A stretch of DNA of 25,934 bases from Candidatus Thorarchaeota archaeon (GTDB lineage: Archaea; Asgardarchaeota; Thorarchaeia; Thorarchaeales; Thorarchaeaceae): positions 1 to 25,934 of the forward strand of contig JAEOTX010000159.1 in the NCBI GenBank assembly GCA_016839605.1, given 5' to 3'. Made by a program: the position numbers and the translations under genes. Below, one piece after another: positions 9,271 to 17,803 of the stretch. Every line of letters starts with the position of its first letter. Position 1 is the stretch's first letter. The notes under the pieces are model-generated. The model had not been told where the DNA came from. It saw nothing but the letters and a program-made list of their open reading frames with translations, and made no database searches.

Positions 9271-10274
9271 TGCGCATTTCCGAAAAGTCCAAGAGCAAGT
9301 GCAGTTGCAATGACACCATGTCAGGGGGCATTATAGATCTTGGTCCTGCGAAGTTCACAAGTGAGGGATCGAGAAACGCGTTTATTGAGATTGTTTCGGG
9401 ACTCAATCTTAAGCCCCCAGTGATCATCAAGCCCAATTGGTCATCATCATTGATTTTCACAGAGAGGGATATTCTAGATTGGACTCTTTCAGCACTTGAT
9501 GGTGAAGTATTGATCGTGGAGAGTTATGCAGCTTGGAGGACCAGACTGTTCATTGAACATGATGGGCCCCGTGATGAGAAGTTCCTAGAGCTTCTGGGGA
9601 CTCAGAAGAAGAAGGAATTTAGAGCAAATGACAAATGGTTCCTTAGATATTCGGGGATTGATGGTGTTCTTGAGAAACACAATGTAGAGTATCTCAATCT
9701 CTCCGAGGAGCTATGGGCTAATCGAGTATGCGAGCCAAATTTGGTGGCAGATTTTGTCGAGAGTCGGGCGGGAGTCATGGAGAATACAGCACTGTACGGA
9801 CTTGTTCCAGAGCGCTTGTACGATTTGAAGGGCGGCACCTTATTGAACCTGACAAAACCCAAGAGGTCCCTGAAAGCACATCATGTGTCACTCACTCTGA
9901 AGAACATGTTTGGTATGATTCCAAGTCCTTGGAGGGGCAAATATCATGGTGAAAACGATTCACTTCTCGACCAAAACATAGTTGATATCAACAGGATATA
10001 TGGCTCCTTATTCGAAGTGAGAGGGATTATTGAGTCGGTCTTTTCTACGTCTGAAACACTAGACAATTTCCTTCTTCCAGCTATTCATCGAAATCAAGGA
10101 TTGATTTGGGGAGGTTCAGAAACTCTTGAACTGGATGCCCTTGTTTCTTCTCAACTAGGACTCAATCCTAATGATGTAGGCTATCTGAGATTAGCAGCAG
10201 AACAAATCAAGCCTTGGAGTGACGATAGCGTAAAACTTGGAATGACGAATCCTATTGATTTCCCTAAGAGCTAG
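9267..10274 (+). CDS. DUF362-family protein
   Basis: VIIKPNW, IVES, KPK...HVSLTLKNMFG, KYH and LDAL...LG motifs typical of DUF362. GTGA overlap with the WOR1 stop. The true start could be ATG 9270 or 9318. Confidence 0.7.
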   Translation: MMRISEKSKSKCSCNDTMSGGIIDLGPAKFTSEGSRNAFIEIVSGLNLKPPVIIKPNWSSSLIFTERDILDWTLSALDGEVLIVESYAAWRTRLFIEHDGPRDEKFLELLGTQKKKEFRANDKWFLRYSGIDGVLEKHNVEYLNLSEELWANRVCEPNLVADFVESRAGVMENTALYGLVPERLYDLKGGTLLNLTKPKRSLKAHHVSLTLKNMFGMIPSPWRGKYHGENDSLLDQNIVDINRIYGSLFEVRGIIESVFSTSETLDNFLLPAIHRNQGLIWGGSETLELDALVSSQLGLNPNDVGYLRLAAEQIKPWSDDSVKLGMTNPIDFPKS

Positions 10275-10325
10275 CGCTTCGTCCATCGGGTAACTCTTAT
10301 GTTGGGGGACTCATCTCAAATTGGT

Positions 10326-11420
10326 ATGGCAGACCTTAGGATTGAGATAGCTGGAATGCGGTTCAGGAATCCTGTATTCACTGCAGCAGGACCTACCTCA
10401 AGAGATGGGATGACCCTGCTCAATGCTGCAGCTGGAGGCGCAGGAGGACTGGTTGCAAAGACGGTAAGCGTCAAACCAGCGGATGTGCCAAAGCCGAACA
10501 TGGCAGCTCTTGGCAGTGGAAGGCGTGAATCACGACGTGGTATCTTGAATGCGGAACTGTGGAGTGAACTTCCAATTGAGAGATGGTTAGAGAAGGAGTA
10601 TGAGATTGCTCTCGGATCCGGATTGCCTGTCATTGCAAGTGTTGGGTACACACCAGAGGAGGTCTCTGAGATTGCTCCCAAGATCCAAGCGAAAGGAGTG
10701 AATGCAATCGAGTTCAGCACGCACTATGTGGGTGGTCACGTTGAGATTGCTAAGGCGCTTAGAGATTCAGTGGATATCCCTATCTTTGTAAAGCTTAGTC
10801 CTAAGGTAGATGTTGCAAAGATAGCCAAGGACTTGGAGCCTATTGTTGATGGTATTGTTGGGATCAATACGTACGGACCGGTTCTTAGAATTGATATTGA
10901 AACCGGAAAGCCCGTACTCGGCAGTGATTTGGGAGAAGGATGGATGAGTGGAGCATCACTCAAACCTATTGCAATGAGATGTATAGCTGACATTGCTAGA
11001 AGTGTCAGCAAACCCGTAATAGCAGTGGGGGGAGTCACAACAGGAGAGGATGCCATAGAGTTCATGATGGCAGGAGCGTCTGCTGTTGAGGTATGCACGG
11101 CTGCAATTCTGCAGGGTGACACTGTTTATGGCCAGATAGTTGGAGAGATGGGCAAGTGGCTTGATGAACATGGATATGATTCAGTGAATGCCATCAGGGG
11201 AACAGCCCTTAAGCATCTGGACAAGGGAGTAAAACTAAAGCCGCCTCCGAAGGTAGATCTTGAGAAGTGCACAAGATGCGGTTTGTGTCCAAAATCATGT
11301 GTCTATCATGCTATCAATCTAGACAAGGGGAAGGGGACTTTCTCTATTGATTCAGAAAAGTGTGAAGGGTGCGGCATGTGTGTTTCAGTATGCCCATACT
11401 TTGCGCTTAGCCTGGAATGA
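10326..11420 (+). CDS. Dihydropyrimidine dehydrogenase PreA / class 1 DHOD-like FMN protein with C-terminal 2x[4Fe-4S]; atypical active site
   Basis: NPVFTAAGP, AKT, NAELWSE (like DPD NIELISE), VKLSP, INT, SG..LKP and GGV motifs, plus CTRCGLC...C and CEGCGMCVSVCP. Likely start is ATG 10326, with TATA-like CTTATG about 25-30 nt upstream (the ORF is open from 10299). Confidence 0.88.
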   Translation: MADLRIEIAGMRFRNPVFTAAGPTSRDGMTLLNAAAGGAGGLVAKTVSVKPADVPKPNMAALGSGRRESRRGILNAELWSELPIERWLEKEYEIALGSGLPVIASVGYTPEEVSEIAPKIQAKGVNAIEFSTHYVGGHVEIAKALRDSVDIPIFVKLSPKVDVAKIAKDLEPIVDGIVGINTYGPVLRIDIETGKPVLGSDLGEGWMSGASLKPIAMRCIADIARSVSKPVIAVGGVTTGEDAIEFMMAGASAVEVCTAAILQGDTVYGQIVGEMGKWLDEHGYDSVNAIRGTALKHLDKGVKLKPPPKVDLEKCTRCGLCPKSCVYHAINLDKGKGTFSIDSEKCEGCGMCVSVCPYFALSLE

Positions 11421-11439
11421 CCTACTTCAGCAAATGAAC

Positions 11440-12648
11440 CTACAGGTAGAGAATCTCTTCGATGCCTTCAGTCAGAAGAACTGCTCTGTCTGTGCTGACG
11501 AGATAATCATTTTCGATTCGTACGCCGCCAATCTCTTTCAGATAGACACCTGGTTCAATGGCCATTACATGACCAGACTTGAAGTATGATTCACGGTCGT
11601 ACATAGATGGGTTCTCGTGGACCTCAAGACCAATGCCGTGTCCAAGACCATGCGTCATTCCCTCTTTTGCATTGGGATTAAGTCTCCGAGAGTTGTACCC
11701 TGAGCGCTCTAGACTCTCATAACATGCCATGTTTACATCATCGATTTTAGCCCCATCCTTAAGAGCATCAACTGCTGCACCTGCTGCTATCTGAACAGAC
11801 TCGAACATGTCACACAGTTTCTCACTGACTGATCCCTTTACAAAGGTGCGAGTAACGTCAGCGACATAACGCTCCAGTTTCAACCTCGGGAACACGTCAA
11901 GAATTGTAGGTTCATCAGCCTTCAGCTCATCTTCAGGAGCACCTAGGTAATGCCAGTCGAATGCCCGCTTTCCAACAGCCAAGATTGTATCTGAAGCAAC
12001 CTCAGCGCCATGGTCAAGGAGGAAGTGCTCAAGAGCCAGCTTCATTCTCCCAACCGTCAATGGCTCGCCTTTATACATCAAGGTCTTTTTGGGACCTATA
12101 TCTGAGTCCTTGACCATCTCAAGTAGCTTAGAAATCCCACCCACTGTTGCATCTCCAGCCTTCTTTATAGCATCAATCTCTGCTGCTGACTTGGCTGCCC
12201 GCGCATCTCTCAGCAGGTCTGGGACCACTTTTACTTCATATCCCATTTTTTGGATAATAACAAGGCGTTCAGCTGGTATGTGATCGGGCACACCAATAAT
12301 CTTCCCTGTAAAGACGTTCTTCATTGTATCTTCCACAAAGAGATCTATATGCTCGCGCGCACTCTTCCCCTCTTTCATCAGACCGATGTATATCTCTGAC
12401 AAGTCATGGGTCCTTGTTATACGACTCTCCTTCTCGACTCGTTCCAGAGTGTTGAAGAAAGCAGCCACAACAGGCTCCGCTCCCCGATTCTTTACATACG
12501 TGATCTGATCTCCCGATCTGAATCCAGTCAGCCAGTAGATATCTGGCGTGTCAAATGCATTTCCTATAGCAATTAATCCGTCAATTTCATGCTTCTCCAT
12601 TAGTGAGTCTAAGTCATCTAACACTATCTGCACCGGTTTACACAGCAT
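11440..12648 (-). CDS. M24 family Xaa-Pro aminopeptidase/prolidase
   Basis: Creatinase-like N-terminal domain. Metal ligands in LDV, ADVTRT, HGLGHGIGLEVHE, IEPGVY and VRIEND. Confidence 0.92.
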   Translation of the reverse strand: MLCKPVQIVLDDLDSLMEKHEIDGLIAIGNAFDTPDIYWLTGFRSGDQITYVKNRGAEPVVAAFFNTLERVEKESRITRTHDLSEIYIGLMKEGKSAREHIDLFVEDTMKNVFTGKIIGVPDHIPAERLVIIQKMGYEVKVVPDLLRDARAAKSAAEIDAIKKAGDATVGGISKLLEMVKDSDIGPKKTLMYKGEPLTVGRMKLALEHFLLDHGAEVASDTILAVGKRAFDWHYLGAPEDELKADEPTILDVFPRLKLERYVADVTRTFVKGSVSEKLCDMFESVQIAAGAAVDALKDGAKIDDVNMACYESLERSGYNSRRLNPNAKEGMTHGLGHGIGLEVHENPSMYDRESYFKSGHVMAIEPGVYLKEIGGVRIENDYLVSTDRAVLLTEGIEEILYL

Positions 12649-12674
12649 ACTAACTAGCGAAAAAGGGTTCGCAT

Positions 12675-13598
12675 TCAGTACTGTGAGTAAGGCTTCATCC
12701 GTCTTTCAACCTGTTCTCGAGTTGGCAGGTCATAGGGACCAGTTGTTTCTACATTGAATGATGAGCATGTAGCACCAAAAAGACCTGCACGTTTTACATC
12801 GCCCGTTCGCATGTATTCCAGAAGAAATGAGATGACATATACATCACCGCAACCGGTGGGATCTGTCTGGGAGTTAGCTAGTACAAGGGGAATGTCCTTC
12901 TGCGTATTTCGCGTATATACTGTGGAGCCTCGTCGGTCCCGAGTAACCAGAACCATTCGTGGACCAATATTGAGGAGCTCGGTCACTGCGGAAAGCTCGG
13001 ATTGTGCATCATATGCTAGTTTGAGTTCCGCCTCATCAAACTTCACCACATCTGCAAGTGCAAGAATATCATCTCTTTCAGACCACTCTCTCTCAACGAT
13101 TAGTTCGTTTTCGATGCCTCGCAGAAAACCCTGACTGTCGATAGATATCAGAGGGCTCCCTACTCTTACAGATTCAATAGTTGAGTAGGTAATCTCATTG
13201 GCTGTCAGTGGACTGAAGTGGTAAATACTGGCACCCATGTACAGAGGAAGAATATCACTGGGGCTTATCGGCGAACCTACGGATTCAACTCTCTGCGTAC
13301 GGTTTCCTTCCACATCATATTCGTTGATGAACCTTGTACTCTTCTTTCCTCGTTTCTGGATTCCTGAAACGATGAGTCCCGCAGTCCTAAGAGTGTCAAT
13401 ATATTCATCCTCGAAATCTGCGCCGACGCAGCTGATAATTCCAGCACCCAAAGCACCAAGCTTTGGCGCAATCATAGCATATGCGGGGCCTCCGCCAATG
13501 GCTTCAGTTCTGCTTTCAGGGGTGATTATGAGATCCCTGCTCAGATGACCAATTACCACAATCTCCATCGGCTCTGCCTCTGTAGACACCTCTTTCAC
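12675..13598 (-). CDS. PfkB/ribokinase-family carbohydrate or nucleoside kinase
   Basis: VIGHLSRD, GGGPAY, VGADF and the C-terminal anion-hole motif DPTGCGDVY. Confidence 0.9.
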   Translation of the reverse strand: MKEVSTEAEPMEIVVIGHLSRDLIITPESRTEAIGGGPAYAMIAPKLGALGAGIISCVGADFEDEYIDTLRTAGLIVSGIQKRGKKSTRFINEYDVEGNRTQRVESVGSPISPSDILPLYMGASIYHFSPLTANEITYSTIESVRVGSPLISIDSQGFLRGIENELIVEREWSERDDILALADVVKFDEAELKLAYDAQSELSAVTELLNIGPRMVLVTRDRRGSTVYTRNTQKDIPLVLANSQTDPTGCGDVYVISFLLEYMRTGDVKRAGLFGATCSSFNVETTGPYDLPTREQVERRMKPYSQY

Positions 13599-13700
13599 TC
13601 TAGCGAATGCTAGAACAACAACACTCTAGCTAATAATTCCTCTGCATCACTGCCCATTTGATGAACATTGCAGTTACATGATAATCCTCGTTCATAAGTG

Positions 13701-13706
13701 TTAAAA
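13701..13706 (+). promoter_or_regulatory. Putative TATA box for the moaD-amidohydrolase-fdx-WOR2 operon
   Basis: TTAAAA about 30-40 nt upstream of the TTG starts at 13735 and 13744. Confidence 0.4.
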
Positions 13707-13734
13707 TGAAAAGAGTCCACGTTGAGAAACTGAG

Positions 13735-14025
13735 TTGGAGCTCTTGGCTATAGTCACTGTGAAATTCTTTGCAACCGTTCGGGAGGCTGTCGGAACAAGA
13801 AGTACGGAGATTGAAGCGGAAGATATCAAGAGCTTGCTTGAGAAGCTCAAGACGTCATACGGAAAACGGTTCATTGAAACGGTGATTGATGAGGAAACAG
13901 ACAAACTGAAACGATTCTATCAGTGCATGGTCAATGGGAAACGTATCGAACTCCTTGATGGTTACGATACTCTACTACAAGATGGTGATTCAGTAGCTCT
14001 CTTCCCGCCAGTGGGAGGAGGCTAG
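13735..14025 (+). CDS. MoaD/SAMP ubiquitin-like sulfur carrier protein
   Basis: VKFFATVREAVG, MVNG and the C-terminus DGDSVALFPPVGGG. The start may be TTG 13744. Confidence 0.92.
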   Translation: MELLAIVTVKFFATVREAVGTRSTEIEAEDIKSLLEKLKTSYGKRFIETVIDEETDKLKRFYQCMVNGKRIELLDGYDTLLQDGDSVALFPPVGGG

Positions 14026-14058
14026 ACTAGTCAATTGTTGCCAAGGGGGATATTCGAG

Positions 14059-15417
14059 ATGGTAGACCTTGTGGTCAAGAATGCCAAGCTATTGCTCCAG
14101 TCTGGACTAACAAGAGGGGGGCTTGGTGTAGACGCGGGTCAAATCTGCATTATTGCTACCGATGAACATCTTCCAGATGCTTCAACCGTTATTGATGCAG
14201 CAGGCAAGATCGTGATGCCAGGCCTGATAGACGGACATGCTCATCTACATGATCCGACTATGCTAAGTCATGAAGATTTTACCACAGGCTCACGTGCAGC
14301 GGCAGCTGGGGGCGTCACAACTGTGGTTGACATGCCACTCACGAATCAGATTGATTCGCCTCAGGCGGTTGAAGAAAAGATGGCGCAAGGCGAGTCCATG
14401 TCGATTGTGGATTTCACCTTCTATGCAGGTATGTTGAACTCTGACAATTACACAATGATTCCAGCAATGGTTGAGAAGGGGATTGCAGCCTTCAAAGCCT
14501 TCACCTGTGAGCCGTACCCAACGAGTGATGGTGTTCTAATCCAAGCATTGAGTGCTGCATCTGAGTCTGGTGGACATGTTACCCTGCATGCAGAGAATCA
14601 AGGGGTACTTGACGAATTCGCTCGGGAGATGGATGGGGAGTGGGATGCGCCAATAAGCCATTCACTTGCTAGACCCAATATCGCTGAGCAACTCGCTGTG
14701 AAACAGGCTGTGACAATAGCAGAGCAGGTAGGTGGCCATCTTCATATTGCTCATATCACCACCCGAGAGGGATTGGCAGAGGTAGAGCGGGGTAAGCTAA
14801 AGGGGACTATGGTCACTACTGAGGTGTGCCCTCATCACCTAGTCTTTCATAGAGATGAAATGAACCGACTTGGACCTAAAAGCAAGATGAATCCGCCGCT
14901 GAGATCGAGAACAGATAGATCAGCCCTATGGTCGGCGCTGCTCCGTGGAACAATCGATATGACTGTCAGTGATCACGCACCATGCCCCATTGATATGAAG
15001 GAAGCTGGTAATGATGACATTCGCAAGGCTTGGTCAGGTGTTGACGGGATTCAAATGATATTGAGAGTACTCCTCTCTGAAGGCATCAATAAGGGGAGGA
15101 TATCATTCACTCGGCTCTTGAATGTAGCATCTCTTAATCCAGCCAAATTGTTCGGACTCTATCCAAGAAAGGGCGTCCTAGCTGTTGGGGCTGATGCAGA
15201 TTTCGTGATAATAGACCCTACAAGAGAGGAGAAGCTGACATCTGAGATGATGTTCTCGAAGTGTGGCTGGACACTCTACGAAAACATGATGATGAAAGGA
15301 GCGCCAATAATGACGATTGTCCGCGGAACTCCAGTTTATGAGGAGGACAGAATACTAGTCGAGTCAGGTCATGGAAGATTCCAAGCAATGAAAGGTATAG
15401 CGCCATTTGAGGACTGA
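14059..15417 (+). CDS. Cyclic amidohydrolase, allantoinase/hydantoinase-like
   Basis: DGHAH, AAAGGVTTVVDMPL, FKAF (carboxylated Lys), LHAEN, HIAH, EVCPHHL, MNPPLR, SDHAPC, AWSG and GADAD motifs. ATG 14059 follows AGGGGG (the ORF is open from 14035). Confidence 0.88.
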   Translation: MVDLVVKNAKLLLQSGLTRGGLGVDAGQICIIATDEHLPDASTVIDAAGKIVMPGLIDGHAHLHDPTMLSHEDFTTGSRAAAAGGVTTVVDMPLTNQIDSPQAVEEKMAQGESMSIVDFTFYAGMLNSDNYTMIPAMVEKGIAAFKAFTCEPYPTSDGVLIQALSAASESGGHVTLHAENQGVLDEFAREMDGEWDAPISHSLARPNIAEQLAVKQAVTIAEQVGGHLHIAHITTREGLAEVERGKLKGTMVTTEVCPHHLVFHRDEMNRLGPKSKMNPPLRSRTDRSALWSALLRGTIDMTVSDHAPCPIDMKEAGNDDIRKAWSGVDGIQMILRVLLSEGINKGRISFTRLLNVASLNPAKLFGLYPRKGVLAVGADADFVIIDPTREEKLTSEMMFSKCGWTLYENMMMKGAPIMTIVRGTPVYEEDRILVESGHGRFQAMKGIAPFED

Positions 15418-15420
15418 AGA

Positions 15421-15909
15421 ATGACTGAACTGAAGTTTGTATTCGGAGACCCAGAGGTCTGCACAGGATGCATGGTTTGCGTAAATGTATGCAGCATGCG
15501 ATATTCGAAAGTAATTGGCCCTAGCTGGTCGCGTGTCAGAGCAGTAAGGATAGAACCAGGGCTTGATTTTCCCCTTTTTTGTAGAAACTGTGAGGACGCT
15601 CCATGCATGGCTGCCTGTCCAAACGAGGCGATAAGTCGAACTTCAAAGGGTGTTGTCATTGTGAACAATAAGAAGTGTACGGGCAGTGGTGAGTGTGTCA
15701 AGGCATGCCCCTATTATGCGATCAGACTTCATCCAGACACTGAGAAGGCAATCAAATGCATCCAATGCGGTGCATGTGTGGACAGATGCCCTGTGAACGC
15801 AATATGGATTACTACTGAAAATGAACTGAACGAGAAAGATGCGGATGGTAGACTCTCATCTCTGTATGAAAAACATGAGACTGAGCTATACAACAAGGAG
15901 GAGATATGA
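15421..15909 (+). CDS. DmsB-type polyferredoxin subunit of WOR2
   Basis: CTGCMVCVNVC, CRNCEDAPCMAACP, CTGSGECVKACP and CIQCGACVDRCP motifs. ATGA overlap with WOR2. Confidence 0.92.
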   Translation: MTELKFVFGDPEVCTGCMVCVNVCSMRYSKVIGPSWSRVRAVRIEPGLDFPLFCRNCEDAPCMAACPNEAISRTSKGVVIVNNKKCTGSGECVKACPYYAIRLHPDTEKAIKCIQCGACVDRCPVNAIWITTENELNEKDADGRLSSLYEKHETELYNKEEI

Positions 15910-17789
15910 TGAAGGGAATCGGAGGAAACAATCTCTGGATTGACCTGACAAAGGGTGAGATAGAGAAGCGACCAGTTGAAGAGGAGATGGTCAATGAGTA
16001 TCTTCTCGGAGCGGGATATCTCTCTCGGGTTCTTTACGACAACATACCTGTTGGAATAGATCCCCTTTCTCCCAAGAATGTGCTTGGAATTGCCACAGGA
16101 CTACTCACGGGATCGATGTTTCCACAGGCTTCGCGTCATGTAGTAGCTGCATTATCACCCCTCACCGATGTGTGGGGAGAGTCGCATGCAGCAGGATTCT
16201 GGGGACCTGAGCTAAAATTCGCAGGCTATGACGCCATCATCTTCACGGGGGCATCATCAGATCCAGTATATCTCTACATCCAGAATGACACTGTGGAGCT
16301 TCTGGATGCTTCCGATATATGGGGTACATCCGTCTTTGAAACTGATGACTGGATTCGAGAGAAGCATAGCAAGCGAGCAAGAGTGCTCTCGATAGGGCAA
16401 GCAGGAGAAAACAAGGTACGATTCGCAGCTGTGATGAACGACCGAGACCGTGCATCTGCCAGGTCAGGACTTGGAGCTGTAATGGGATCTAAGGGACTCA
16501 AAGCAATCTCTGTCAGAGGCACTGGAAAGCTAGAAGTCGCGGATCCGAAGGACTATCTCAATCAGATGGACATCTTCTATGAGAGGATGCTGGCAAATCC
16601 ATTCACAAAAGAGCGAGCCAAGTATGGAACTACCAATCTTGTTGAGTTGATGAATCACATTGGGAGACTGCCTAGCTATAACATGCGGCAGGGTGTCTTT
16701 GAGGGCTTTGAGAAGATCAGCGGGCATACCATCACGGAGAAACACTTAGTGAAACCTCGGTCGGACTGGAGCTGTCTACAGAGATGCGGTAGATACACGA
16801 GGGTAAAAGAAGGGCCATACAAGTACATTGGCGGCTCACCGGAGTTCGAATCACAATCCTCTCTTGGCTCTCGATGTGGAAACGACAACTTGGAATCAGT
16901 TCTATTCAGTCATCACCTGGCCAACATGTACGGTATGGATACAATCTCACTTGGTGCAACTATCTCATGGGCGATGGAGGCATGGGATGAAGGACTATTG
17001 ACGTCTGAAGACACTGATGGTATTGATCTCGCCTGGGGTAATCATGAAACAGTTGTCAAGCTCACTGAGATGATAGCTCTGCGAGAGGGTTTTGGTGATA
17101 TTCTCGCAGAAGGTAGTGTCCGGGCAGCCGAGAGGATTGGTCGTGGAACTGAGAAATTCGTTATGACGGTTAAGAAGCAAGAGATTGCTGGGCAAGAGCC
17201 ACGTGCTCAAAAGTCAATGGGACTAGCTGCCGTCACAGCAGCTAGAGGGGCAGACCATCTCTATGCATTCCCCGTTCTTGATGAGGCTGGATTTGACAAG
17301 GAGATCAAGGAGCGTTTTGGTGAGCAGTATCTACCTGAGATGGCCGACCGTCTGAATCCAAAATACAAGGGAATTATGGTGAAAGAATGTGAGGACTTCA
17401 TGGTAATGGTCGAGAGTGTTGGCCTGTGTAAGTATGGAACGCAGATTCCTCCCGAATTCTACTATGATGATGTAGCACAAGCACTAAGAATTCACAACGG
17501 CCTAGATCTTACTAGTGAGGAACTTCAGACTATAGGAGAACGAATTGTGAATCTTAATCGACTGTTCAACGTTGCCCGTGGCGTCACACGAAGCGACGAC
17601 CAACTTCCTGATAGATTGACGAAGGAAGGAGCACCAAAGGGACCATCGCCTGGTCAGGTGGTGGAACTAGACCAGATGCTTGACGAGTATTATGAACAAA
17701 GGGGCTGGAATTTAGAAAATGGTTTCCCCACAATGGATACTCTGAAACGCTTAGGTCTTGAAAAGGAAGGAAAAGCAGTCATCAAGTAG
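15906..17789 (+). CDS. Tungsten-dependent aldehyde:ferredoxin oxidoreductase family protein (WOR2)
   Basis: DPLSPKN, SPLT, IGQAGEN, RSGLGAVMGSKGLKA, SPEFES, GMDTIS, EPR, RGADH and LCKYG motifs. GGAGGAG RBS upstream. Confidence 0.95.
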   Translation: MMKGIGGNNLWIDLTKGEIEKRPVEEEMVNEYLLGAGYLSRVLYDNIPVGIDPLSPKNVLGIATGLLTGSMFPQASRHVVAALSPLTDVWGESHAAGFWGPELKFAGYDAIIFTGASSDPVYLYIQNDTVELLDASDIWGTSVFETDDWIREKHSKRARVLSIGQAGENKVRFAAVMNDRDRASARSGLGAVMGSKGLKAISVRGTGKLEVADPKDYLNQMDIFYERMLANPFTKERAKYGTTNLVELMNHIGRLPSYNMRQGVFEGFEKISGHTITEKHLVKPRSDWSCLQRCGRYTRVKEGPYKYIGGSPEFESQSSLGSRCGNDNLESVLFSHHLANMYGMDTISLGATISWAMEAWDEGLLTSEDTDGIDLAWGNHETVVKLTEMIALREGFGDILAEGSVRAAERIGRGTEKFVMTVKKQEIAGQEPRAQKSMGLAAVTAARGADHLYAFPVLDEAGFDKEIKERFGEQYLPEMADRLNPKYKGIMVKECEDFMVMVESVGLCKYGTQIPPEFYYDDVAQALRIHNGLDLTSEELQTIGERIVNLNRLFNVARGVTRSDDQLPDRLTKEGAPKGPSPGQVVELDQMLDEYYEQRGWNLENGFPTMDTLKRLGLEKEGKAVIK

Positions 17790-17803
17790 GAGTGGACATC
17801 ACA

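Noticed and set aside
11440-12648. M24 protein as a creatinase acting in ureide/amidine catabolism
   Set aside because: It keeps the full Asp/Asp/His/Glu/Glu metal-ligand set of prolidases, which creatinases lack.
10326-15417. Annotating the flavoprotein and cyclic amidohydrolase as biosynthetic pyrD and pyrC
   Set aside because: The flavoprotein lacks the SCPN loop and has DPD-like features. The hydrolase lacks the dihydroorotase Arg/Asn substrate residues. No pyrB, pyrE, pyrF or pyrK gene is nearby.
13735-15909. MoaD, the amidohydrolase and the ferredoxin lie in one reading frame separated only by single TAG (14023-14025) and TGA (15415-15417) codons, suggesting pyrrolysine/selenocysteine readthrough
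   Set aside because: MoaD needs a free C-terminal Gly-Gly, each ORF is a complete domain with its own start, and neither stop falls at a catalytic position. Sharing a frame across two junctions happens about 1 time in 9 by chance.
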